Source: a virus | IMG/VR virus record: IMGVR_UViG_3300046171_000110 | Span: 1 to 64,000 of that record | Reading direction: 5' to 3' (one strand) | DNA length: 64,000 nucleotides | Shown: piece by piece, positions 51,401 through 62,839 of the stretch | Layout of the letters: each line of letters begins with the position of its first letter | Numbering within the stretch: position 1 is the stretch's first letter | The notes under the pieces: generated by a model | What the model was told of the DNA's origin: nothing | The model's input: only the letters and a program-made list of their open reading frames with translations | Databases searched by the model: none | Position numbers and translations under genes: made by a program

Positions 51401-54400
51401 GAAGATTCTCTACTTGTGTCATCAATCACTTGATGTTGGATTAATGCTTCGTTTGCTGAGGCTACTGCTGGATTAGTTCTACTGCTATAACTGTCTTTGT
51501 CTATATTTGTTAGCCCACCAACATTATGCTCCGATATTGCACCAGAGTAACTTTCATTCCAATCAGATGCGTGAGCGTAACTTGCCTCGATAAAATCAGA
51601 TTTTGTAGTAGTATTCATTCTCTTGTTTTGGCTAGGGAAACCAGCCGCAACATCTAATTGGGTACCTGAATCTGTGACAGTATTCTTTACAACTCCTGTT
51701 TTGTTAGCATCCTCTTCGCTAATTCTAGCAGCGGCGGGGCTTGATTGAACCTGCATGTGTAAATCTTGGAATGCAATAAATTCACGGTCATGGCCCACAT
51801 CGTAAAGTAATATTCTAACAAAATTGTCCGTACACTGGTAAGGGTCTAAGTAAGCAACAACTGGTGCAGTTATTGAAGTTCCTACAACCTCAAGGTAGTT
51901 CAATTCGATTGTTTTGTTAATGTGCTGTACTAAGTTCTGAGCCGTTTCTATACAACTATTTCCGATGAGGAAGTTTTCTAATGGAATACTATCCCTTGGG
52001 TTAGCATCTACTTCCCCTACTCCGCCGTTAAAGCCTTTCCAAACCTCTGCTTCGTTAAGCGTTCCTCTACTCTTACAGAACAGACCTTCAACTGCGTGAG
52101 GATTGGTGTAGTGCATGTTCATCCATATTGTATCACTTTGTCTAATTCCACCCGGACAGTAAGGATGTGCCCAAGCCCTGTTTAGGAATGTCTCTTTGAC
52201 TTTTGGCCAAGTGCTTGCAGAAGTAGCGTACAAGTCTTCAACATATATTTCGTCACCTGCCGAAGGAGTAAAACCAGTATCAGGGCTGGTAATAGTTAAT
52301 GTGTTTCCTGACCTATTATTGTAAAACCCTCTCTTCACATTTCCACTAGAATCTACCCAAGCAACTCTAAAATTATAATCGCTGTCAGGACTTTTGATAG
52401 GGAAAAGGCTGGCATCGTCTAGTTTGATAGAAGTAGCAGGACTTCCAACAACCAAAACCGCCTTTGCTCTAGGTCGCTTACTGATAATCTTTGGTAAATG
52501 GGGATTGGTAGAGGGGCCAGCCCTTAACTCGATAGCACTGACATATTGCTTCATCCCGTAGTCAGCGTTACCACCTTGTGTTGTAACATTAGAACGGTCA
52601 TAGTAAAACGACCTTCTTCTTTCGTAACCAGCACTAATCAAACTTGGATTGTCAGCAATACTGTTGTAATTCATATCCTGATAACCCGGAGCAGGAGTAA
52701 TGTGTGCTCCAACTCTGATGTCTCGCAAGAAGTTTTCACTGAGATGCGTGGTCGTCTCCCGAATCGACTACGGTAAGATAGTGGTCGGAGGTGTTTCTAG
52801 CGCTGTAAGTAAACCATTCTCCGTTAGGCAAAAATGCTCTTCGGTATCTAGCCTGCCCACCTAGATTAGCAACTTCTGTAGGAGGCGCTGTTGGTATAGG
52901 AAAGATATTAGCGTCTTCTACATAGACACGATAATTACTTGAATCGTAAGGTCTGGTTACCTTGGTACCACTACGGTGCGTACCTCTTTGGATAGTGTAA
53001 GAAAACGGACCAAAAATCTCAGGGTCTTGAGGAGAGATAGCATCTGCTCTTCTACGACTGGATTAGGGTTCCAAGAATGCGCTGTATGAGTAGCGTCTAT
53101 GTGCAACTTCATACTGTTATCAGGGCCGGGGAAAATACCCTTGTCTGGATTGTCAAAGAAGAACTCCTCGAATAGAGGTATTTCAACAAGCGCACGAGTG
53201 CTTGCGTACTGACTACCTAACTGGTAATCGTGCTGAACTGTGTCTAGGCTCTGGAACAATCTGTCGTTGATTGTTGTCCCGTCATTACACATTGGACTCT
53301 TCGCTAAACTTATCATCGACATGCAGTACGCTAGTCTCATCTATTCCAGTAGCAGTAACCCAAGCGTTGAATGAATCCGCTTCTGAGCCATCCGCTAGTA
53401 CAAATGTACCTGAACCTACAAGTCCAGTACTGTTACTGAATGAAAATAAAGTACCTGCCTTACTGGTATATTCAGCACTGGCAAACTGCTTTTGTTCTCC
53501 TTGGTTACCTGATAATTCAAGATAAACTCTTCCTGTAGCAGGGAAACAATAAGTTCCCCAAGATTGTAAATCGTCAGCATTGTTGTTCAAAGGTAGCACT
53601 GATATCTGTCTCTTTGTACCTATACTGATAGTAGCATTGACTTTGGCTTGACAGTCTCTACGAGTGTTCCAAGCCAATCTGCTGAGTGGGGCTGGGTCCC
53701 AAGTCTCCTTTGTGTTGACTGCTCCTTGACCTCCACCGCCAAGAGTCATTGTCACTACCGGGGCACCCGCATGATTTCTTTGACAATGTGAGAATCTGGG
53801 ACTGGCTGAGCCTTTGACACTAACAGTTGAGGATGCTATATCGCTTATCAAACCGTGTGCCCTAAGTACAGTGTTACCATCGCTGTCATCTCCAAAAGAA
53901 AGCACTCTTGCTCTCGACATAAGGTGTTCAATACTGATGACATTACCCAAACCCGCATCAGTCACTACCTTTGATAACTGAGCAAAACGGTTCCTATCAC
54001 AAGGCTGTATGACTAAACTAGTAACATTATTTCCTTGACTTATGCTCTATAATGTCGAAATACTCATGTACGATTGTACTTTGATTAGTGCTACCTCTAC
54101 CTGCTGATTGAGGCTCTATGAATAACTCATCATCATTAACAACCGCAGCATTGGTTCCTGCACCTATGGTAATGCTGTTGGTAGTGACGGCTGTAACTGT
54201 ACCTAAATTTGTTCCGTCTGCTTTGTAAATGATGTTGTCTACCGCAACTAATTGATTAGCAGTTCCTCCATCAACTGACATAGCGCCAGTAGTAGAACTA
54301 ACATAGCCACCTGAATTATTTATTTTCAAACCTATACGGTTTCTTCTACCATTGGAAGGGTCTCTGAACTTAACGCCAGCAACTTCTGAAAAATCATTTG

Positions 54401-56900
54401 AGCCGACTAGATTAGCCTTCACGAGTACTTTGTGGAAAGTAGAAGAGCGAGATGCTAGTTCAGGCCTAGCCACTCTTATCGCTTGAGGAGTAGTTTGAGG
54501 GCTGTCAGTACTGGTGTTAGGTAGATAATTAGTCGGACAAAGGCTGAAGTCTAGTTGGTCTTCACCTACATTACCTTCTGAGTCTTCGCCCTCTAAGTCA
54601 CCGTCATTGAAACCAAACATGTCAGGAGTATCGAAAGTAACCAATCCTCCCGGCGCAACTATACCTAATGGTCTGACTGCAATTGAATCCCTTATCAAAT
54701 CAATAATACGGGTAGAGCCAACAACTGTGCTTACATCAGGTAAGGTTTTACTTACTAACAACTTAGGAGAGCCATCTGTCATTTTGACTATAGCATTATT
54801 AATAGCGGCAGTATTGAAACTGCTGTTGGTTGGCGTTGCTGAAAATACAATTGTTTTCGCAGTGTGGTCTATCTTAGCAGTTTGGTTGGTAACTGATGAG
54901 AAAGGACTGTGACCGTCAATTGATATTCTGTGAGCAGGTATGATAGCGCCGTCTACTCCGAAAGACTTGACACTCTGCAAAGTAAGGGTGGCAGTAGAAA
55001 TATTGGTAGTTAGCCTAGATGTAGCGCCGACATTAAAATGCTCACCTGTTCTATCAATAGCGTTGTAATGAATCTGTACAAACGGAGCATAGTCATAATC
55101 TTCTAACTCAGGTAAGATTAGTGTCGCTATTCTACTTTCTATAGAAGGAATGACTGACTTGATGTTTGTACTAGAATCTGTAGAAGAAACTGATTTGAGT
55201 AAGAAAGGTTCGGTATCAAATTCTGGACCACCTATCGCCAACAAACCTCTTTGACTTTCGTCTATATCCGCCATGCCATTTTCTACAAATGTAGATACTC
55301 TTGAGGAAGATACTACATCTTTCAAAGCCATTGGTCCATGTTCGTCAAAACTAGACACTATTGAATTTACAGGAATTATATCTTTGATGTTCCCAAACTG
55401 AGGGATGAATGTAGCACTTACAACATCACTGCCCGCATCTAACTTCTTCTCTACTAAATGCGATTCAGTAGGCGGCAATGCTCCCATAAACGGATGACTG
55501 CTAACATGATTGAGAATATGTCTACCCGTATGACCTATCAAGAAGTCTTGGCCCATATTTGTAGTACTGGCAGAAAACTGGTTGTATTCATGAGAGTCTA
55601 TGGCCATGCTCATAGAGAAAACAATACCGTGGTTTTCAAAGTCACTTTCATCAATTATAACTTGCCCTTGTCTTTGTGAAAACTGAGTGCCACTACCTTG
55701 TGGTTGGAATACATTACCATTTCCACCGTCTACTATACAGTCACCCGTAATTACTACGAACTCACCTGCATCGTGAGCCATTAACAGTCCTCTTCGACCA
55801 TTGCTAGAAGCAGCGAAATCAAGATGAATAGATTCGACTACTATGTTACCAGTACTACTGTCTATAGAAATTAATCTAACTCTTTCGGGGGCTTTATTGG
55901 TAGGCTTACCCGTCTTTATATCATAGCCTAAAGGATTTATCAATAGGTTGTAAGGCACCTTTGGAATAGATATGTCACTAGTAGAAGTCGCTGCATATTT
56001 TTTAATGGAGTAATTACCGTGATTTGGAACTTGGGTACTAATAGTAAAGTTGACAAAAGTTAACTCGCTTTGTCCAGTTAACTCTTCTATTAAGGTCGCT
56101 GCTGCTGTAGAACCTATAGAAATTGTAGATTGACTAGTACTCGCTGTCAAAGCAGGTGTAGTGACTCTCGTGGCAATAGGGTTGATAGGCTCTTCAAACC
56201 GCCACAAACCAAGAGTACTATCGCTTTTTATTGGAGCAAAATCACTTCGACCTGACGCTTTTGCACCTGCTGACAGATGTATAGTCTCAAGCGTTCCTCT
56301 GAAATCACCACCTCTACCGCCTAGGAACATCTGGCTTTGTTGAGGTACTAATTGATGCTCTTCTTCTAATGTCTGTTGAACTAACAAGTCGCCATTAACA
56401 TGCATACTCAATACCTTTCTATCGAATGTAACAGTGACATTGAGTAGTTCTCTTGTGCCGTCAGTAAAGGCACTGACATCGTTACTGTCTTCATCCGAGC
56501 CTAGATTAGAGCCTGTGATTACTGAATTGACTGACGGGAATAGAATACCATCCCAGTAAGCCAAATCACCATTCGCTTTGTTGACAGGCTTGGCACTAGT
56601 CAAAGTGTATACTGAGTCTCTACCAGTGTTCTTGTTCTGTAATCTGATTTCAAAAGTAGCAGGTGCAGGGCTACTTGGTGCACCTACGCTCAGCCTCATT
56701 ACATTGTCTTGCTCAAATATTGTACCGCCACAGTCGGGTACGAACCATGTTTCCAAAGTAAATGAATTCATTGTAGTCGGCAACCGCTTGCGCTCAACAG
56801 TCTGCTTGCCGTGTAAGTTAGTGTTGTTAGTCGGTACGAGAACGCTGTCGCTGATACCGTTGAATCTCATACCATATCCTGCATTTATTAGTAAACTCAT
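39493..56900 (-). CDS. Giant (~5,800 aa) multidomain tail/adhesin protein interrupted by four indels
   Basis: ORFs 54027-56909, 53285-53965, 52957-53340 and 39493-52728 join into one frame with indels at ~54035, ~53292, ~53055 and ~52743; LamG-like domains near both ends; beta-propeller repeats at ~42380-43300. Confidence 0.75.
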
Positions 56901-56901
56901 A

Positions 56902-58902
56902 TCATACACCTATCACATAGTCGGAAGCCATTAATTCGAGATTGAATGCGTAGTAGTTGTTCCCAGCATCATAACGCACATGAAGTTTCTCCGGTATAAT
57001 CCTCATACCACCATCGTTACCTCTTGCAGGTTGGTCTGTGAGAGTGACCCACATTTGCTGACCTGCTCCTACTAAGAAGCCAAACACTGCTTCTATTTCA
57101 TTTGGTATAATGGGCTCAATAAATTTGTCATACCAATTATCAGGACTTTCATCGCCCGCACCACCATCGCTCATACCCAGTAGTAAATTCTGCATAGGTT
57201 TGTTAGCAGACCTGTTATTACCCTCTGAGCCCTTGAGATTGGTTTCTATCTCACCAAAGGTCAAGAAGAAATTTCTAGCAACGCCCGTTACACCGGAACT
57301 CTGCACTAAACTGTCGTAAGGTATCTGTATACCACGAAGCAAATCTGCGTTCCTATTTGAGTTAGAAACCAAACCAACCAAATCTTGTACTTTGTCACCT
57401 GCTGACTTTCTTGACTCAGTAGGCATAGAGTTGGGGGAATGATATTCTACTCCAGTAAATAAATCAGTCAGACCGGGGCTTAGCAGATGAGGATGTTGAA
57501 TAGATAGATTAGGAATATAGTTTTGTTCAAAGAGTAAAAGAACACCCTCTTGTCTTACCGTAAACGCTGATGCCAAGGTTTTATCGCCACTAGGATTAAA
57601 CCCTGTTGTTACAGCATCTACCACATTTCCTGATATTTCAAAAGCCTCTTTGATTAAAGTCGCCATTGCTAACGCGGGGTTATTAGCCTCACCTATATTT
57701 TGGATAGGTACGCTAATAACAGCATCGAAATCAGCCACATTGTTAGATGTACCTAGTCTGACTAGACCAGCGTCTCTTAATTTTACAGGATTAGTCCCAC
57801 TTGAAACAGTAACTCCAAAATTAGAAAGTCCTGACCATTCGCTATCCACATCAAATTGTAACCTTACACCTGCTCTAGGTATACTGGTAGTATTGGTGTT
57901 GGTATTGACCAAATCTAAATTAGACCCTATGGCCATAGAACTGTCCCACAACAATCCTGTTATTGGAGGGTTCTCAAGCCAATAACTAGGAATCAACTTT
58001 ATTGTTTGAAATTTAAACATAGACTCTAGGCTTGGTTGATTGTTTACAAATATGCGGCGACCAGACAAAACCTCTGCATCGTTGGCAGCAGTTAATCCCA
58101 TGGTAAAAACAGCAGGGTCTCCGTCAACAATAGTAGGGTCATCAATTATGTAGTCTACAAATCCGATACTTTCACCAATGTGATTGAATGCTCTCAAAGA
58201 ATAATATATCCTGTCGTTTGTTGCAAGAGCCGTTGCTATATTAGTATCGAATGTTATGTTATTACCAGAAACTGACTGAACGGTTCCTATGAGAGAGCCG
58301 TCTTCCTTAACTAATCTATCACCTGTATTAATGATAACATCAGCGGGTATATTAGTTATAAAGGGTATAGAAAATATAAAACTCACAGTAATAGTGCTGG
58401 CAGAAGTGGCATAGTTAGTACTTGATTTGAACTGCGTAAACGGTCTGACATTTATTTCCTCAGTGTCACTACTCGCTTCTTCGTAATGTGACCCTACTGG
58501 TGCTCTAATAGTAATAGTACTACTTTGACCTTTAAATACATCATTTACTGGTAACCAAGTATCTTCTGATATAACGGAGCCGCCAATGAATGGGCGTGAA
58601 GGAAAGTGAAAAGAGTTTTTTCGAGTAGGTAATATTGCTCCAAAATTGATTGCGCTTCTCATTGGCCGATTGTCAAAATTAACACTACCGCCATTAGTGT
58701 TGAGACCTTCATCATCTACAAATATACCGTTGATATCTATCTTAATGGATGGCACATTCGTGTCTACAGCAAATCTTTGTAAGAAATTATTAGGTGTAGG
58801 GAAAGCGCTGACATTTCTATTGATTGACATGTCTATGCTTTGTGCGACCAAATCAATCTGGTCGTGTGCATTTGCTAGTGTAAGTCTGATTGGTATAGCC
58901 AT
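56902..58902 (-). CDS. Tail structural protein, paralogue A
   Basis: N-terminal IPIRL..R.VS.F and C-terminal KSAGDKVQDL/RGIQIPY/RNFFLT shared with the upstream gene. Confidence 0.8.
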   Translation of the reverse strand: MAIPIRLTLANAHDQIDLVAQSIDMSINRNVSAFPTPNNFLQRFAVDTNVPSIKIDINGIFVDDEGLNTNGGSVNFDNRPMRSAINFGAILPTRKNSFHFPSRPFIGGSVISEDTWLPVNDVFKGQSSTITIRAPVGSHYEEASSDTEEINVRPFTQFKSSTNYATSASTITVSFIFSIPFITNIPADVIINTGDRLVKEDGSLIGTVQSVSGNNITFDTNIATALATNDRIYYSLRAFNHIGESIGFVDYIIDDPTIVDGDPAVFTMGLTAANDAEVLSGRRIFVNNQPSLESMFKFQTIKLIPSYWLENPPITGLLWDSSMAIGSNLDLVNTNTNTTSIPRAGVRLQFDVDSEWSGLSNFGVTVSSGTNPVKLRDAGLVRLGTSNNVADFDAVISVPIQNIGEANNPALAMATLIKEAFEISGNVVDAVTTGFNPSGDKTLASAFTVRQEGVLLLFEQNYIPNLSIQHPHLLSPGLTDLFTGVEYHSPNSMPTESRKSAGDKVQDLVGLVSNSNRNADLLRGIQIPYDSLVQSSGVTGVARNFFLTFGEIETNLKGSEGNNRSANKPMQNLLLGMSDGGAGDESPDNWYDKFIEPIIPNEIEAVFGFLVGAGQQMWVTLTDQPARGNDGGMRIIPEKLHVRYDAGNNYYAFNLELMASDYVIGV

Positions 58903-58911
58903 TTTATCACC

Positions 58912-61488
58912 TCATAGAATTATATCAGCCGCTATGAACATCAGACTAAATTCATAAGCCTTCATCTCAGCATCCCTGTTGACATTGAAATCACTAATCA
59001 AGCCACTGATACCGTTCTTTTCATGTCCTTCGGAAATGTGAGAAAAGTCACGGCTTGCATGAATAGTGTTGACGCTTGACATTTTATCCGATGTCTTTGC
59101 GTTATTGGTAGTCAAAAAGAAATTTCTTTGAGCGACTTCTGAGTCAAGAGTATCCTTCCCTTTAGTTGCTAGTGAATTGTAAGGTATCTGTATACCCCTA
59201 ATATAGTCACCTTTGTCATCATCATTATTATAGACAGTTTGTTGAACGAACCCTGTGGTTACATCCAATACACTGTCAATAAAGGCAGACTTGCTATTTT
59301 GTATGTTCAAAAAGTTGTTACTGTTAGCCAATATACCAAACAAATCTTGTACTTTATCACCAGCACTCTTGACCTTTTTACCAGCCTTTCCACCAGAAAA
59401 GTCTTGGATAACAGGTATTTGACCCGCACCTAGGTTTGTAACAATCTTGTTTTTCTGACCAAGGGAAGTTGCATATTTTTGTGTAATTGCGAGCCTAGCG
59501 TTATGCCCGTTATACGATTCCGATAGCGCTACAGAATATACATTATCCATTGTGGGAGCAGTATTAGATTTGTCTATATCCCTACCTAGACGCATATAAT
59601 CAGCCGTCAGTGCTTTAGATAGTAAGAATGCTATGTATTCGTCTGTCCTTGTAATGTCAGAGCCATGAGTAGTATTTCTTGCACTACCGTCTTGGAAGTT
59701 AGGGTGAGTAGGTCCTACTGCGTCTTCTGACAAATTACCACGCACATAAGTATCTGCGTTGTTGATTGGTAAAACAATAACTGGGGCAACATCAGTGCCC
59801 ACAAAATTAGCGTTACCGTAATCAACTGGCTCAATAAAGATGTAATCGTTATCAGCATGAGTGCCACCTGTTTTGTTGAAATGAACAGTAATTGTACTAG
59901 ATGTCACAGACACTACTTCTCCGTAATAATCTTCTCCACCACTAGTTTGTCTAGTCGGATAACCTGTTTCACTTGCACTAAAAGTGATTCTGTGACCGCG
60001 GGGAGATGATGTTTCAAACCAAGTGCGAGGGTCTCCGTCAACTGTAATGGTGGATACTAATGTGTTAGGAGGACTGCCCTGATTTATTCTCATGCTGTTT
60101 ATAGCCTGTTGAGTAGTAGCCCTTCTTCTTTGGTTAAGGAAGCCGTATGATTCTACTTTTGAACCAAGTAACTTATTGTCAAAGACTACTCTAATATGTT
60201 CGACTTGATTTGAGTAGCGACCTGTTCCTGAATATTTGCCCATAATTAAATTCAAACCATATTTCCTAGCAAGGTAACCTTCTACATTTTGTCTATCATC
60301 GTCAGATAAAACAGAATTGTAAATTAACACCTCATAGATGTCACCCTTGAAATAATTACTACCGTCGTAACCTATCCTCAAAACACCACTTGATGCCCCT
60401 GTATAATCTACGCCAGAAGTTTCTGTACCTACATTCGCTCCGTTGAAAAATATTTTTACCCTATCTGATATATTGTTAGAATCAGTATCTTCCATGGTGT
60501 ACGCAAACAAGGCAGCGTCGTGCCTTCTAAGGTTGATTTTAAATGGATTGGAGTTTTGATTGTCGGCACCGCCTGTATCTATCCATCTAGCAGTAAAGTT
60601 GGAATTAGTCGCCAAACTCTGCACATCTAAAGATAAGCCGTAACCGTTTGTAGCAGAGTCAAGAATTGGTTTATCTCCCGTATCCGTAGCCCTTGCTACT
60701 ACAAATATTGTAAATTCATTAGAGTTTAAGTTAGTAGCGAATGGTATTTCTAAGTAGTCGTTAGTACCGTCAAAGAAAACACCTGTTTTACCATTAACCC
60801 CGTTTTCTCTTAATAATGGTTTATTAGCCGCAGTGGGTTGAGTAGCATTTCTAGCAAATCCGCTAGCATCTGTCCAAGTCCCATCAGAGTAATTTTCACC
60901 TTTCAACCAAAGTTGTAGATTTGTTTTGCTTGGATTGTCAAGTGCTTGATTTTGTTCTACCCAATAAGCCACAGGAAAATCGATGTATCTGGTTTGCCAA
61001 TCGTCTAACACGGTGTTACCAAGTGCAGGTATAACTAAAGGAGTACTAGGTCTACTTATGCCACCTCCTAATCCCAACCCTTTGCCTGATTCTTTGGCTC
61101 CTCTACCAGTTTGCTCGTCGCTGCTTTTCTTCTGATTGTAGATGCTCTTTTCCTTTTCAGACATACCCCCGCCTTTTCCGGCGTTTGGATTTTCTGTTAT
61201 GAGTGATTGTGGTTGGTAAAAATCGATTACTGCTTGAGACTGTACTGTTTCTTCTTGACCTGTTTCGTCAGTAAATACACCTTGTACTTCGATAGCAACA
61301 GTCGCTTGATTCAAATCTATACCCATCTTCTTTGCATCAAAGAAAGGAATACCAAAGTTACTCACTTGTCTTTCTACTACTATGTCTACACTAGTTGCGT
61401 TAAGAGAGATTGTTTCACCGTTCTCTTGAACAAGGCGAATAGGCATTCTCTCTCCCGGCTTCAAATCAACCACTCCTGTTGAAACCAC
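58912..61488 (-). CDS. Tail structural protein, paralogue B, with inserted LamG-like domain
   Basis: Same termini as paralogue A; LQLWL..FDG..NEFTIF..EGYL; true start may be 61464 or 61446. Confidence 0.8.
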   Translation of the reverse strand: MVSTGVVDLKPGERMPIRLVQENGETISLNATSVDIVVERQVSNFGIPFFDAKKMGIDLNQATVAIEVQGVFTDETGQEETVQSQAVIDFYQPQSLITENPNAGKGGGMSEKEKSIYNQKKSSDEQTGRGAKESGKGLGLGGGISRPSTPLVIPALGNTVLDDWQTRYIDFPVAYWVEQNQALDNPSKTNLQLWLKGENYSDGTWTDASGFARNATQPTAANKPLLRENGVNGKTGVFFDGTNDYLEIPFATNLNSNEFTIFVVARATDTGDKPILDSATNGYGLSLDVQSLATNSNFTARWIDTGGADNQNSNPFKINLRRHDAALFAYTMEDTDSNNISDRVKIFFNGANVGTETSGVDYTGASSGVLRIGYDGSNYFKGDIYEVLIYNSVLSDDDRQNVEGYLARKYGLNLIMGKYSGTGRYSNQVEHIRVVFDNKLLGSKVESYGFLNQRRRATTQQAINSMRINQGSPPNTLVSTITVDGDPRTWFETSSPRGHRITFSASETGYPTRQTSGGEDYYGEVVSVTSSTITVHFNKTGGTHADNDYIFIEPVDYGNANFVGTDVAPVIVLPINNADTYVRGNLSEDAVGPTHPNFQDGSARNTTHGSDITRTDEYIAFLLSKALTADYMRLGRDIDKSNTAPTMDNVYSVALSESYNGHNARLAITQKYATSLGQKNKIVTNLGAGQIPVIQDFSGGKAGKKVKSAGDKVQDLFGILANSNNFLNIQNSKSAFIDSVLDVTTGFVQQTVYNNDDDKGDYIRGIQIPYNSLATKGKDTLDSEVAQRNFFLTTNNAKTSDKMSSVNTIHASRDFSHISEGHEKNGISGLISDFNVNRDAEMKAYEFSLMFIAADIIL

Positions 61489-61876
61489 TTTGTGTTAATG
61501 AGCCGCCAATCTTAGATTTGAGTTCTTTAGTAACCATGGCGCTTATTTCTTTGGCTAAAGTACGCTTGTCTGTTTTGTCGGTAACTCCACTGACATCTAT
61601 CTTTAGATTGACTGTTACATTAGTCTCTTGATTTACTCCACCGCCTGTTACAGGTGATGCTGTTTCGCCTATACTTTGCTGCATTGGCTCGGTCTTACTC
61701 ATGTCTCTAAGAGACTTAGTTAAATCAATTGTATTCGTTTTGGTCATAGCCATTGATTTAGTGAACTTGTCCATTTGTTGCTGCAAAGCCTGCATGTTCT
61801 CTTTAGCAGTTTTGCTGTATTCACTAAAGTTTTTCATGGATTCTACTGTCCTTGGGTCTATGTTATCGTCTACCAT
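61466..61876 (-). CDS. Short protein in the tape-measure position
   Basis: Helical Met/Gln-rich N half; TNVTVNLKIDVSG plus helix at the C-terminus. Confidence 0.7.
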   Translation of the reverse strand: MVDDNIDPRTVESMKNFSEYSKTAKENMQALQQQMDKFTKSMAMTKTNTIDLTKSLRDMSKTEPMQQSIGETASPVTGGGVNQETNVTVNLKIDVSGVTDKTDKRTLAKEISAMVTKELKSKIGGSLTQSGFNRSG

Positions 61877-61883
61877 TATTTTT

Positions 61884-62087
61884 TCACCCCATCATCACTT
61901 CAAGTATACTAAACTTAGAATCTTGCTTGAATAACATTGTATATCCACATTCATTACAACTGATTGCGTTGTATTTTTTATTTGAATAATTGAATAAACG
62001 ACTCCACTTACCTTGCATGATTACAATGTCATTCTCCATATTCTGACTGTTACAAACTAAACATATCAAGTTATTCATTTCATTCAC
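61884..62087 (-). CDS. Zn-ribbon protein (DUF2082-like)
   Basis: CLVC...SRLF...ISCNECGYT. Confidence 0.65.
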   Translation of the reverse strand: MNEMNNLICLVCNSQNMENDIVIMQGKWSRLFNYSNKKYNAISCNECGYTMLFKQDSKFSILEVMMG

Positions 62088-62287
62088 TCCGTCATAGCCA
62101 CTAAGTCGTAGCCCAAATAAACTGCGCCTTCGGCAGCCTGCTCTTCACCTTGCATAGCCTGAGCCCAGTAAAGAAGTTGCTTGGCATCATCTATGTTCAA
62201 GTGTCTCACATCCTGTAGTGTCATATTGTAGTGTGTCATCAGTAAATATTCCATTGCTTGTTTCTGATAGCGAAGCCGGTCACTCAC
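62084..62287 (-). CDS. Tail assembly chaperone T-like segment
   Basis: YLLMTHYNMTLQDVRHL; the frame stays open upstream to the AGTTTTTC site. Confidence 0.55.
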   Translation of the reverse strand: MSDRLRYQKQAMEYLLMTHYNMTLQDVRHLNIDDAKQLLYWAQAMQGEEQAAEGAVYLGYDLVAMTE

Positions 62288-62619
62288 AGGTCTCCCGTTG
62301 ATGAAGAACTTGATTTGTCCGACTTCGCTGGCCGAAAAACTAACCAGTCCATGACCTGACTTGGGTCTGGTAAAAGGCTAGTAAGTTTATTGCCATCTTC
62401 TGGAGACAGGCCCTCTATGTCAATTTCTATAGATTGCCCATCTGGATTTGTGTAACTGAGCCAGTGGCTAAAAGCATGTCGCCAGTAGTCCGAAAAGTCT
62501 AGGCTACCGTGAGTCATCAGCGGGGCTACTTTCTGTATATGGTAAAAGGTCAGTCGCCGCTTACTAACTTCTATTGGTTTGCCGTCTATCGTTATCTTAC
62601 TCTTGTTCTCCTGTGACAT
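62284..62619 (-). CDS. Tail assembly chaperone G-like protein
   Basis: 111 aa; downstream of the tail tube; T-run near the 3' end. Confidence 0.55.
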   Translation of the reverse strand: MSQENKSKITIDGKPIEVSKRRLTFYHIQKVAPLMTHGSLDFSDYWRHAFSHWLSYTNPDGQSIEIDIEGLSPEDGNKLTSLLPDPSQVMDWLVFRPAKSDKSSSSSTGDL

Positions 62620-62830
62620 ACTTACTCACTTCCTCATCGGATAGTGCCTCTTCCGAGGGGCTATCCTCCAGTTTCAGGTGAGCGAATGGGTTATCACTGG
62701 CTCGCCCTGCTTCTGGGTCGAAGAGGTATTCTCCACCCTCTTCCTCTTCTTCTTGTAGATTCTCATTTATTTGCTTGTGAAAAACTGCTTCCAATACTGC
62801 ATTCATAGACCGTCTAATTCTCATCGGCAT
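62597..62830 (-). CDS. Small acidic protein
   Basis: GAGGAG SD; 77 aa. Confidence 0.6.
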   Translation of the reverse strand: MPMRIRRSMNAVLEAVFHKQINENLQEEEEEGGEYLFDPEAGRASDNPFAHLKLEDSPSEEALSDEEVSKYVTGEQE

Positions 62831-62839
62831 ATTATCTCC

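Noticed and set aside
39889-61934. Many short + strand ORFs in the tail module
   Set aside because: Antisense shadows of long minus-strand genes.
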